Positions 9,973 to 19,824 are shown, numbered from the stretch's first letter. The stretch: 64,000 bases of DNA from Candidatus Cloacimonadales bacterium (GCA_963674825.1 OY771587.1:3232001-3296000), one strand, 5' to 3'. The notes: generated by a model from the letters alone, not told the origin. Made by a program: numbers and translations.

Positions 9973-11913
9973 CTACGATTGCTTTTTTAGCTCGATCAGC
10001 AGTTCATCTACCTTTTTCTTTTTCTCGAAGTTCTGTTGTCTGGAAAGTACTTCAAGTTCGTTTATTGCTTGATTTTTCCGATCCAGACAGATATACGTCA
10101 TGGCGAGTCGAAGGCGTGCGTCAGAGACCTTGTGGGACTGTGGGTATTCATCGATAACAGTCTTGAAATGGCTTGCGCTTCGTTCGTAATCTTGCCGCGC
10201 GTATTGGATTTCGCCAAGCCAGTAATGGACGTTCGGTGCAAGATAATGATGAGGATTCATAGCCAGAAGGTCATTAAACGTCCGCTCGGCTTTTAGAGCA
10301 TCGCCCGACCAAAGCTGATCAAGTGCTTGGTCGTACATACTCTTGAAGTTCATGGATGTCTTGGGTGCTTCCGGTTTCTTGGTTTCTTCAGCCTTTTTTT
10401 CTTCGGCTTTCTTTTCCTCGGGTTTCTTCTCCTCAGCCTTCGGTTTCTCAGCCGGCTTTGGCTTGGTTACCTCAGGTTTCGGTTCAGGCTTCTTTTCTTC
10501 TACTTTCGGCTTCGGAGCAGGAGCTGGCTTCTTCACTGTTTCGGCAGGCTTGGGTTGCTGCTGAATGGGCTGCGTCAACGGGATTGGTTTTTGCCGATTC
10601 GGCTGAAGCTTCTCCATAAGCACTGTCTCGAGATGCAGGCTGTAACCTTCACGATCGGCAGCTTTGAGCTTCGGATAATGGATGCTGACGCTGCAATTAA
10701 GAATATGCTTGTCCAGCTCGCGGAGCAAATTCAAGAACGTACTGCGAATTTCTCTTAAGTACGGGCGGTTTGCATTGTTGAGTAACACCAGATTTTCATC
10801 CGGTGGTGCAATAAGCTCGCCTTTCTTGTTGATATATCCCGTTTGAACCAGTTCGTCGAAGATAAGCTTAGGATCGGTTTTGCGTTGCCGTGCTACCGAA
10901 AGGAAATCTTCCGGTTTCAGCCGGGTCTTGGGTATTACAAAAACCTTAGAGACGATGAATTTCTCGCGAAGACTGAACTCTTTACGGAATTCTTCGAGAA
11001 GATAATCACTTTCGCGGTAGATCTGGCGGATGATACCGCGATAGGAATAACCGTCATTAAACATCACCTTTACGTAGGTTCCCGGACGAACATAGCGACG
11101 ATAGCGGAAATCGAAATAGGTGATAACATAGCGATCGTTGGTGTTCGCGAGTGTCAGGATCGTTTCTGTCTGATCCACGACTTCGTACGGGGTCTTTTTT
11201 ACGGTCGCAACAATGCCGTCGTGCGTTGCGATAAGATGACGGTCGCCATGGCCACCATAGCCGCTTCCGCCGGTGTTACGGACGACAGTTTTTTCGCTGC
11301 CGGCTTCTTTGAGGTTTCGGATCACCAGATATTCGTACTGGATGCTTTTGTTCACCTTTTGCAGCTTGAACTCGATATCTTCTATCTTTTCCTTGTATTT
11401 CCGGAGTTCGGAAGTGGTCAGGAGTTCCTTGCGATAGAGTTCCCGAGCATTTTCCAGCTCTTTTTGCGCTGTTGCAAGCTCTTCCGTGTAGCGATCCTTT
11501 TCCAGTCGCAGAAGTTGCAGGTCTTTCTGTGCGCCGATGATCTTGCTCTGGTCTTTCTGGGTTGTAGTGGAAGTCTGCACAGGTGTGTAAGTTCTTCCTC
11601 CCCAGGCACCTTCGTAATCCACTACCACGAGCGTATCACCGCGATGGACTTCCTGGTTTCGCACGACGTTGATCTCGTCGATCCGCGCTGGGTCAACGGT
11701 TGCAATTCTCGTTTCCGTCGCCGTAAATACCCCCATACCTTTCACAAAGAAGATACGGTTGATCAGGTAATAGAGTGCGAAAACCACCAGTGCAATGATG
11801 ATGGCGAAATAGATCAGCTTGCCGAGCGTTATCCGCTTTCTACGTGGCGGCTCAAGCTTCGACATGGCCTCCGAATGATCGATCAGATCATTACCGCTTT
11901 TTCTCAAGTTCAT
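9973..11913 (-). CDS. HlyD-like membrane fusion protein fused through a P/K/E-rich linker to a CpoB/YbgF-like TPR domain
   Basis: N-terminal TM; lipoyl half-motifs (VVRNQEVHRGDTL; IATHDGIV) around a coiled coil; C-terminal APNVHYWLGE...YPQSHKVSDARLRLA. Confidence 0.8.
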   Translation of the reverse strand: MNLRKSGNDLIDHSEAMSKLEPPRRKRITLGKLIYFAIIIALVVFALYYLINRIFFVKGMGVFTATETRIATVDPARIDEINVVRNQEVHRGDTLVVVDYEGAWGGRTYTPVQTSTTTQKDQSKIIGAQKDLQLLRLEKDRYTEELATAQKELENARELYRKELLTTSELRKYKEKIEDIEFKLQKVNKSIQYEYLVIRNLKEAGSEKTVVRNTGGSGYGGHGDRHLIATHDGIVATVKKTPYEVVDQTETILTLANTNDRYVITYFDFRYRRYVRPGTYVKVMFNDGYSYRGIIRQIYRESDYLLEEFRKEFSLREKFIVSKVFVIPKTRLKPEDFLSVARQRKTDPKLIFDELVQTGYINKKGELIAPPDENLVLLNNANRPYLREIRSTFLNLLRELDKHILNCSVSIHYPKLKAADREGYSLHLETVLMEKLQPNRQKPIPLTQPIQQQPKPAETVKKPAPAPKPKVEEKKPEPKPEVTKPKPAEKPKAEEKKPEEKKAEEKKAEETKKPEAPKTSMNFKSMYDQALDQLWSGDALKAERTFNDLLAMNPHHYLAPNVHYWLGEIQYARQDYERSASHFKTVIDEYPQSHKVSDARLRLAMTYICLDRKNQAINELEVLSRQQNFEKKKKVDELLIELKKQS

Positions 11914-13960
11914 CTTTTTCTACCCTTATATGTAACAGGTTGTTATAGTCATGATACGCCATTCCACGGAAGTTAACAAACACCGATAGTTTGTTGCGCA
12001 GCATTTCTACGCTGTCCCGTAGCTGGTTACGGTTATCAAAATTATCGATATTGACGCCTACAACGACCGGTATGCCGGCGTCTTCGGTATCGTTCATCTC
12101 GTTGTACACTTTTATAAGTAGATCTTCCAGTGATCGCTGGTACGCCATTAGCGTTACTTCATTGACATACGGCAGGATCGTCATAAGATAAGCGGGATCC
12201 GCTTCATCGAAGAATGGAGCGATATCAACTTCGATCCGAATCTGGTCACCGACAAGGCGTTTCACGTACTGAAGCGTTTCTTTGAGAAGTTCCAACCCCG
12301 TGACTTTGTCTGTGTCCCACACCTCGAGGCCCTGCGGTTCGAGGTCAAGATGAAGACCATCGATGCGCTCATCTTCCGGAGCGACGGCATTGTAGTGCAT
12401 TATCTGCTCAATTCTTCTGCCAAGCTCCGGTCGTTTACTTCTGACCAGCCATGAATTTTCCGAGAGCAGTGCGCTGATCTGGATGTTGTGCCGGTGCAGT
12501 TCGGAGATAAGGTTGATCAGATCAGGCGAGCCGGCTTCAAGCTTCTGAATGATCGCCTGCGAGAACGAAAAATAGACGCGATCGATCTTGTACGTGTTGC
12601 AGGTTGTCAGGATTTCACGTGCCTTGCCCTGTGTGAGAAGTTCTTCGGTATTCCAGATCCAGACGCCATTGGAAATATCTTGAGCCTGTTCCGGAGTAGC
12701 CAATTTGAAAACCGATAATGGCAGGAAAGTTGCAAAAGCGAGGTTCATGATCGAGCGTTCCAGCTGAAGCTGTGAGATCTCGTATTCCATCTGCGCCTGC
12801 TGGAAATCAAGCTGTGCCTTATGCATATCCCATGATTGCCAGTCGTCTGTTTGAACGGAAGCGATTTTTAGGCGTTCCTGAGCGATATCACGTTCGATGC
12901 GGATGTATTCAATCTCATTCTGCTTCGATTCGCAGTCGGCATAGAGCCGGATGAGATCATCAATGTTTTCTTCTAACCGCTCCTGATTTTCGATCTCAGT
13001 GTAGCGTTGAGAGACCTTGCGAAGCTTTTTATTGTGTCCCGGGAAAGTCAATATTGAAAGCGGGAAGCTGATTCGCGCGCCTGCTTCGAGGTTGTCGCGA
13101 TCCTGCCCCGAACCATATTCGTACCAGTTGTAGCCACCGTAAATGGTCAGGCTGATATCGCGTAGCGAATTGTAGCGATAGCCGTCAATAGCTTCCTGGT
13201 AGTGAAGCTGACGCCTACCACGCGCATCGTAATAACTGTATAGGCTATCCATGAGAGCGTTGAAATCGGGAAGGTCATGGAAATTGCCGTAATCCTCGAA
13301 GGGAATGGTCTTCGGATCGAGATTATATTTGGCTGCGAAGAGCTCCCGTGTTGCCTGGAACTTGGTCGAATATTCGTCGTATCGGGTATGAACGCGCTCT
13401 ACATCGCGGCTCGACTTCACGAAGTCATCCCGCAGGATTTCACCGAAATAGTATCGACGCTTCACCTTGTCGAACTCGGTGCTGGTCGATGTATCCAATG
13501 CGGAATAGGCTTCTGCCTGGCGCTTGAGGATGAGGAGCTTGAGGTATTCATCGAGAAGCCCTGCTTCGCGTCTGCGGATTAGTTCGTCGATACGGTCGGC
13601 AAGCCTGGCTCGTTCATTCTTTTTCTTTTTAACCTCTGCCGGCGTTGTCACAAAAGTGGTCGTAAGATCCTGTTGCAGTTGCAGCGATGCACGGCTTTCG
13701 GTGCGGTCGTCGCCGATCTCCTCTTCCATATACTCGAGGAAATATCTGCGATAGGACATACTGACGTTCGGACTGTACTGATGTCGGGTGGCGTCGATCT
13801 CATAATCGATCCGCTCCATTTCGGCATTCAGTTTCTGGATCTGATAATCGTTCTCAATCACCTTTTGCTTCAGATCTTCCAGAAACGCGTTCTGACCGAA
13901 TAACCAGGCACATGAAGTTATGAGAATCAATATCGAAACGATACGTTTGGTTATTACCAT
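11891..13960 (-). CDS. TolC-family outer membrane efflux protein fused to a C-terminal glycoside-hydrolase-like TIM barrel
   Basis: Signal peptide; two OEP-like repeats (YSPNVSMSY...LQLQQDL; ISLTIYGGY...ARISFPL); C-terminal GVWIWN...ISALL...IDGLHLDLEP...TLMAY. Confidence 0.75.
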   Translation of the reverse strand: MVITKRIVSILILITSCAWLFGQNAFLEDLKQKVIENDYQIQKLNAEMERIDYEIDATRHQYSPNVSMSYRRYFLEYMEEEIGDDRTESRASLQLQQDLTTTFVTTPAEVKKKKNERARLADRIDELIRRREAGLLDEYLKLLILKRQAEAYSALDTSTSTEFDKVKRRYYFGEILRDDFVKSSRDVERVHTRYDEYSTKFQATRELFAAKYNLDPKTIPFEDYGNFHDLPDFNALMDSLYSYYDARGRRQLHYQEAIDGYRYNSLRDISLTIYGGYNWYEYGSGQDRDNLEAGARISFPLSILTFPGHNKKLRKVSQRYTEIENQERLEENIDDLIRLYADCESKQNEIEYIRIERDIAQERLKIASVQTDDWQSWDMHKAQLDFQQAQMEYEISQLQLERSIMNLAFATFLPLSVFKLATPEQAQDISNGVWIWNTEELLTQGKAREILTTCNTYKIDRVYFSFSQAIIQKLEAGSPDLINLISELHRHNIQISALLSENSWLVRSKRPELGRRIEQIMHYNAVAPEDERIDGLHLDLEPQGLEVWDTDKVTGLELLKETLQYVKRLVGDQIRIEVDIAPFFDEADPAYLMTILPYVNEVTLMAYQRSLEDLLIKVYNEMNDTEDAGIPVVVGVNIDNFDNRNQLRDSVEMLRNKLSVFVNFRGMAYHDYNNLLHIRVEKDELEKKR

Positions 13961-15273
13961 CTTTCCGCCCTTTCTCTGACTCGTTGCGGTACGAAAGGAA
14001 GTTTGTAAGACACCCTGAAAAGCAGCTCGCTAAGGTATGCCGAAGCCCTGATAAGGCGAATGAAATACCCCTTATAGAAGCTGAAAAGCAGAATATACAT
14101 AAATAGGTGGATGTCCTGGTTGCGTTTACCGTTCAAAGACCACGCGATAAGCATCTCCAGAAACACAACGGCGCTGGAGACCACGTGGAAGATAATTAGT
14201 ATTGTCAGGAATGTGTATAGCTTGAAGCTGAGGAAGAGGAACAGGAAGATCACGAAGGTCATGGTAAGAACCAGTTGGAAGAAAACGATGTCCAGCCACC
14301 CGATTAGATTCGTGATGGAGAAATTACTCCACTCAAGGTTCGTCACGTTACGATGCTTTCTCAGCTTGATCTTGATCATACTTGTGTTCCAGCGGAACCG
14401 TTGCTTGATCAGTGCGTATAGCGATTCCGGGACTTTTGTATAACAAATGGCGTCGGCTGCAAAATGGACGCGCCATTTCTTCTTGCGGACTTTTGTCGTG
14501 ATATCCGAGTCTTCACCCGGACCCACCGAATAACCGTGAACCGATTGCAGGATGGAACGCCTGAACGCTCCGAACGCGCCGGACACGATGTAGAGAATGT
14601 TCACGCGGCTGCGGAAACGTCGGCCAGTTGCGATACTGAGCAGATATTCCATACCCTGAAGCGCGGTCACCACGTTCGTATTCGCGTTCAGCACTCGAAG
14701 ATTTCCGCCCACAGCACCCACTTCGGGATCGTAGAAATGGTAAAGAGTGTTCTCGAAGGCACGACGATGGAACAGTGTATCGGAATCGATACCGATGACA
14801 TATTCGCCGCGTGCGTACTGGAGCGCGTGATTTAGCGCACTGGATTTTCCACCGCGAACACTGTTGCGGATCAGCGTGATCTCACCTCGTCTTGCCAGCG
14901 GGAGCGCTGCCTCATAGGTTCCGTCCGTCGAGCAGTCGTCCGAGATGATGATCTGCAAGTTGTTGTACGTCTGTTCCTGCAATGAACGAATCGTTTTGAG
15001 GATGGTCTCCTTTTCATTCATGGAGGGAACGATCACTGAAACGAGTGGCCTTTCGCGGAAGAGCCTTTCCTTGGCGCGATCCCTGAAGAGATTTTCTTCC
15101 GATTTCTGCCGCCTTGGGTGCAGCAGGAATGTCAGAAAACGCGTGAAGAGATAACGCGGAAGATCGAACAGAAGGAAAAACGGCATGAAAATGAAGACCG
15201 TTTGAAGCCGCCAGTGCTGACGGGCAAAGTCTTCCAGAAAGAAGTATGCCGAGTATAGATCCTGTTCGAACAT
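13954..15273 (-). CDS. Processive GT2 polysaccharide synthase (PgaC/IcaA/CESA-like)
   Basis: DDCSTDG, GKSSALN, IDSD, SGAFGAFRR, GED, QRFRW (QxxRW); TM helices at both ends; start at ATG 15273 behind GAGG. Confidence 0.92.
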   Translation of the reverse strand: MFEQDLYSAYFFLEDFARQHWRLQTVFIFMPFFLLFDLPRYLFTRFLTFLLHPRRQKSEENLFRDRAKERLFRERPLVSVIVPSMNEKETILKTIRSLQEQTYNNLQIIISDDCSTDGTYEAALPLARRGEITLIRNSVRGGKSSALNHALQYARGEYVIGIDSDTLFHRRAFENTLYHFYDPEVGAVGGNLRVLNANTNVVTALQGMEYLLSIATGRRFRSRVNILYIVSGAFGAFRRSILQSVHGYSVGPGEDSDITTKVRKKKWRVHFAADAICYTKVPESLYALIKQRFRWNTSMIKIKLRKHRNVTNLEWSNFSITNLIGWLDIVFFQLVLTMTFVIFLFLFLSFKLYTFLTILIIFHVVSSAVVFLEMLIAWSLNGKRNQDIHLFMYILLFSFYKGYFIRLIRASAYLSELLFRVSYKLPFVPQRVRERAERW

Positions 15274-15292
15274 TTCGTTTAGCCTCGTTTCT

Positions 15293-16825
15293 TTAGAATT
15301 CGATGACTTCGTTCTGACGGACAAGCTTTTCAAGTAGCTCGTCGCCGGTTGTTCCGTCTTCGGGATAGGTTACAAACTTGATATCGATGGTGAGCGCAGC
15401 CTTGATGCGCTGCTGGGCCTTCTCCATGATGCCATCGACGACTTTCTTCGCGCGCTTACTGTCAGCTTCCGGGAGGATACTGACGAAGGAGTTCTTGTCG
15501 TAGCGCGCTGGAATATCGACCTTCCAGAGGCTCTCCTTGAGGATTGCCGTGAGGTCTCGGAGGATATCGTGCGCTAATTCTTCGCCACCTTGTTCGATGA
15601 AGTCGTCGAGTCCGACCACTTCGAGAAGCACCAGCGAAAGCGCTCTATCGAACTGTTCAGCACGCTGGAGTTCCTCGCGGAACTTGGTCCGGAAGTAGTT
15701 AAGGTTGAATAGATTGATGTCCTGATCCATCAGCTCCTGCTCGAAGTTAACGGAGAAGAATCGTCCCTGCTGAACCGCTTCGTTTGCCTTGTCGGTCAGC
15801 ACGAAGCTGAAGATGTTCGAGCGGATGGCGTCACCGGCGTAGAATTCGTTTTTACAGTTACGGCACTGGCAAAGGACATCCGGTTCTGTGAACTTGTGCT
15901 GATTTTTGTTGCAGACGAACATCTTGCCGGGTTTGTCGTAGTCAACGCCGATCGCCTCGAGCTCGTCCAGGCATTTCGGGCAGACCAGCGAGAGACCATG
16001 CATGAATTCGCGCTCGGTTCCGATGTAGCCACACTTGTAATGATGGATCGTCGGCATGAGCGAGATATCGGGGCTGCGGTCGGTCGGGCAGACTTCGCGC
16101 AGGTTGAGATTGTGATGGGTGCAGTTGGGGCAGAGGAGGATGCGATCGAAGAAGGTGCGTTTGACCGTACCTTTTTCTTCGAGATAATAAAGCTCCTGCA
16201 GCTCCATGCCTGGCTGTAGATCGAAAAACGATGTGACGTCCTTGTACTCGTAGCCAGATTTGACCAGGATGTTGTAAACTGGGTCGATTTGCGCGATGTT
16301 GCGGTCGATGAGTTCCTTGAGGAATTCCAACCGTTTTTTATCCCGACTGTCAATCGCGAGCGCGGATCCGCCTTCTTCGGGAAGCGCGACAGCGATTTGT
16401 GCGCGACGAAGAACGCTCTGGATACGTGCTGCAAGCTCTTCAGCGTCGTAGGGTTTGGTCATGTAGTCGTCAATACCGAGTTTGAGCGCTTTGATCTTGG
16501 TCTCCTGCGAGACTTTGGCGGTCAGCATAATGATCGGTATGTGACTAACCTTCGGATTGGCACGAATCGCCTGCGCGACTTCGTATCCGTCCATACCCGG
16601 CATCAGAAGATCGAGAATAATCAGATCAGGCGGTTCGTTCTCGATGAACTCAAGCGCTTTTTCGCCTGAATTTACAGAAAAACTGTTATAACCGAGTTTG
16701 CGAAGACGGGTTGTAATGATTTTATTCAGAACAATTTCATCATCGACAACGAGAATTTTTTTCTTGTTATCGTCTTCTGAGTTCATTGCCGTCTGCGGCT
16801 CGTACGTCTCGTTTTTTTCTTCCAT
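15293..16825 (-). CDS. Response regulator: REC - multi-zinc-ribbon (TackOD1-like) - degenerate GGDEF
   Basis: ILVVDDE/LDLLMP/KPY receiver; CPNC..CPTD..HYKCGY..CPKC..GVDY..CRNC; GGDEF position reads ARYDKNSF. Confidence 0.85.
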   Translation of the reverse strand: MEEKNETYEPQTAMNSEDDNKKKILVVDDEIVLNKIITTRLRKLGYNSFSVNSGEKALEFIENEPPDLIILDLLMPGMDGYEVAQAIRANPKVSHIPIIMLTAKVSQETKIKALKLGIDDYMTKPYDAEELAARIQSVLRRAQIAVALPEEGGSALAIDSRDKKRLEFLKELIDRNIAQIDPVYNILVKSGYEYKDVTSFFDLQPGMELQELYYLEEKGTVKRTFFDRILLCPNCTHHNLNLREVCPTDRSPDISLMPTIHHYKCGYIGTEREFMHGLSLVCPKCLDELEAIGVDYDKPGKMFVCNKNQHKFTEPDVLCQCRNCKNEFYAGDAIRSNIFSFVLTDKANEAVQQGRFFSVNFEQELMDQDINLFNLNYFRTKFREELQRAEQFDRALSLVLLEVVGLDDFIEQGGEELAHDILRDLTAILKESLWKVDIPARYDKNSFVSILPEADSKRAKKVVDGIMEKAQQRIKAALTIDIKFVTYPEDGTTGDELLEKLVRQNEVIEF

Positions 16826-16833
16826 GTTGCACT

Positions 16834-19560
16834 CTACTTAAGGTATTTGTTTGTTAATAATTCGCGGATATCGACAAAGCGTTCTTCGATTGTATCGATC
16901 CATTTGAGTATTTCTGGGTCGAAATCCGTTTCACTACTATGTTCGATCCGCTCGCTGACCATTCCGATGCCAACAATGCCCAGTGACAGGCTGTTTGATT
17001 TCAGGGAATGCGCGAAACGGTTCAAATCCGCCAGGTTTCGATCCTTATATGCATTTCTCATGCCACTAATTAGAACCTCGACCTGATCGAGATAGGTTCC
17101 GATAACATCGACCATCTCTTCCTCGAGCGGAAGGAGTTCTTTTTCCAGACGTTCAAAGTCAATCAGTTCGTCTCTGTTTTGCGACATTGGCTTTTCATCT
17201 TTTATTGTTTCAAATTTCGTATGCGTTAGCACTGTAATAAGATCTTCGATGCTGAATGGTTTGCCCATATAATTATCGACGCCGGCCCGATCGAGCCTGT
17301 CCTTAATATCGATATAATCGTAAGATGTCGATACAACGATGCGTGGCTGATGCTCTACAGGAAGGGTTGTCTTGATCTCTTCAGCGATCTCCACGCCGTC
17401 GCGTCCAGGCAAGTTCATATCGATGATCAGAAGATCGTATTTATGTCGGCGTAAGACCTGAAGCGCTTCTTCGCCGGTTGACGTGATATCTGCGTGGTAT
17501 CCCAGCTTCCCCAGATAATTGCTGATGATTTTCTGTTCGAAAATATTGTCATCGCAAACGAGGATTCTGGTGGGATATTGCTCGGCAAGGCGTTTATTGT
17601 CGATATGGTTGCCATTCGTGAATTTATCTTTGATTTCTTCGAGATGGAATGCGCTTGCCAGTGCGTGATACAGCTCTCGTTCTTTGAGCGGCTTGACGAT
17701 CGTAAACGATTCCTCAGAAGACTTGTCGTTGCGAATCGCATGCATCTGATTTCGAGTACCGAGGATCAAGACGGGTAACGTCTCGCGCTTGTACTCAAGC
17801 CGGATTCGATGCAACAAACCGAGGTTGCGGCTTCCAAAGAGCGGGACCGAAATGATGACTGCGTCACTGGAATTGAGCAGGTCGCGGATTTCATTTTGAT
17901 TCATGGTATAATCAATGCGCTGGTAATCCATCCCCCAATATTCTGTATATAGGGGAATAATTTTCCGCATCGTGATATCCGAGCCGATACCGAGAAGCCG
18001 TTTTTTATGAAGAATTTGCTTGAGCTGCTTCGTCGGATCGGGTTCTTTAGCGATCTGCTTTTCTGTGGTTACCGTGAAATGAAAGATAGAACCTTTGCCC
18101 ACTTCAGATTCCACCCAGATCCTTCCACCGAGGAGCTCCGAGAGCTGCCGACAGATGGTCAGCCCCAGGCCAGTTCCACCATGGCGTTTGAAGATGCTCG
18201 AATCAGCCTGGCTGAATGCCATGAAAATCTTTTCGAGGTTTTCTTGCTCAATACCGCTTCCTGTATCCTGTACCTGGAAATGCACTTCGATATTGCCGTC
18301 AGGTAGCACCGTTGAATCGACATACACATAAACATAGCCGATAGTGGTAAACTTGATCGCGTTACTGAGCAGGTTGAGCAGAATCTGGCGGATGCGTTCC
18401 ATGTCGCTATTGATGGTGCGCGGTGTAGCGGGGTTGATATAATATGCGAGCTCGAGGCGTTTCTCATCGGCGTTCTGATCGACGACTTTGAAAGCTTCTT
18501 CCACGCAGGTGTGGATGGACATGGGTTGGTGCTCGATTTCGAGCTTGCCGGCTTCGATTTTGGAGAAGTCCAGCAGGTCGTTAATGATAGTCAGAAGCGC
18601 GTTGCCACTGATTTGAAGGATATTGAGGTAGTCTTCCTGAACAGGATCAAGCACGGTGTCTTTCAGTAGTGTCAGGATACCCAGCATGGAATTGATGGGC
18701 GTTCGGATTTCGTGCGTGATGTGCGAGAGGAATAGCGTGCGGCTTTCGTTTGCGCGTCGGGCATTCTCGATCGCTATACTCAAGCGCTGTTGCACCTCTT
18801 TCTGTTGCGAGAGATCGACCAGCACGGCGAGGAATCCGCGTTTATTCATGAAGTCGACCACCGATTCGACCAGATGAACATCCCACTCGATGCGATTGCG
18901 GTTGGTTATACTCAAATCGTGGTGATTTCGTGTATTGTCCTGAAGAAGCTCCGCTTCGATGGCATCGAGCCTTGCTGCAGTTGATGTGGGGAACACGTCA
19001 GTATTCTTGTATCCAATGACCCGTTCGCGAGGCAGGCCGCACATTTCGATGAATTCTCGATTGCATCCGCGGAAAATCCCGTCCTCGTCCTTAAAAAATA
19101 CAGGATTCGGTACTTCCTGGATAAGCGATTCGATTAACTTGGTGCGGCTGGCGATAACTTGCAGGCTCGAGTCCCCGTCCATGATAAGTGGAGCTGAGCG
19201 GCTAATGAAGTCACTGACAATATCACCTAATAATTGATCATTCCAGGATGGATCGATCATATTCATGTTGGGCAGGCTGGCATGATGATCAGTGAAGATC
19301 GTTGGGTTGTCTGCAATTCCAATGCAAGCGATGTGCGAATGTGTCCTGCGGAAATCGTGGATCATCGCGATTGGCGTATGAGAATCGACAAAATAGACAA
19401 AGTATTTGATATCAAGGTATGTTCGACTGTCGCGAAGCGTATTCCAGCTCGCGAAAGGCGCGTTACTAAAATGATTACTATTACGCAAAGAGTGCATGTG
19501 AGATTCCGGGAATCCCACAAAAATCACGTTGTCCACGATAGATTTTTGCCTGATGTTCAT
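16834..19560 (-). CDS. Cytoplasmic hybrid histidine kinase (PAS - HisKA - HATPase - pseudo-REC - REC - Hpt)
   Basis: PNPVFFKD..G...GCN PAS; THEIRTP; NAIKFT; GGTGLGL; IDMNLPG; AHSLKS Hpt; no TM segment seen; start at ATG 19560 behind AGGA. Confidence 0.93.
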   Translation of the reverse strand: MNIRQKSIVDNVIFVGFPESHMHSLRNSNHFSNAPFASWNTLRDSRTYLDIKYFVYFVDSHTPIAMIHDFRRTHSHIACIGIADNPTIFTDHHASLPNMNMIDPSWNDQLLGDIVSDFISRSAPLIMDGDSSLQVIASRTKLIESLIQEVPNPVFFKDEDGIFRGCNREFIEMCGLPRERVIGYKNTDVFPTSTAARLDAIEAELLQDNTRNHHDLSITNRNRIEWDVHLVESVVDFMNKRGFLAVLVDLSQQKEVQQRLSIAIENARRANESRTLFLSHITHEIRTPINSMLGILTLLKDTVLDPVQEDYLNILQISGNALLTIINDLLDFSKIEAGKLEIEHQPMSIHTCVEEAFKVVDQNADEKRLELAYYINPATPRTINSDMERIRQILLNLLSNAIKFTTIGYVYVYVDSTVLPDGNIEVHFQVQDTGSGIEQENLEKIFMAFSQADSSIFKRHGGTGLGLTICRQLSELLGGRIWVESEVGKGSIFHFTVTTEKQIAKEPDPTKQLKQILHKKRLLGIGSDITMRKIIPLYTEYWGMDYQRIDYTMNQNEIRDLLNSSDAVIISVPLFGSRNLGLLHRIRLEYKRETLPVLILGTRNQMHAIRNDKSSEESFTIVKPLKERELYHALASAFHLEEIKDKFTNGNHIDNKRLAEQYPTRILVCDDNIFEQKIISNYLGKLGYHADITSTGEEALQVLRRHKYDLLIIDMNLPGRDGVEIAEEIKTTLPVEHQPRIVVSTSYDYIDIKDRLDRAGVDNYMGKPFSIEDLITVLTHTKFETIKDEKPMSQNRDELIDFERLEKELLPLEEEMVDVIGTYLDQVEVLISGMRNAYKDRNLADLNRFAHSLKSNSLSLGIVGIGMVSERIEHSSETDFDPEILKWIDTIEERFVDIRELLTNKYLK

Positions 19561-19824
19561 AGTCCTTTTTCCCAACCCGGCAGAAACAGCGTGGACATCG
19601 AACGGACTTCATGATTTCCCCAATAAGCCACGTACTGTCCTACCACGCCATAACATGGAGGATGTCATTTATGTCAATTATAAATTAATCTGAGAAGACG
19701 ATTTTTACTGAAGAATCTGAAATATTTAGGGATCGTAATGTTTTGCTTGTGGGGTAACGGTTTGAAAAGCAGGCCAGAACTCCTTGCGTGACAATCAATT
19801 TAACTGGAATATGTGCTTTTTTGA

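Noticed and set aside
10843..11976. Long antisense ORFs (also 22586-23542, 29301-30518, 44943-45902, 63098-63976)
   Set aside because: They lie opposite well-supported genes and have no recognisable motifs.
19480..19611. Short out-of-frame ORF (MKSVRCPRCFC...) overlapping the hybrid kinase start
   Set aside because: It has a weak RBS and no homology I recognise, and is likely chance.
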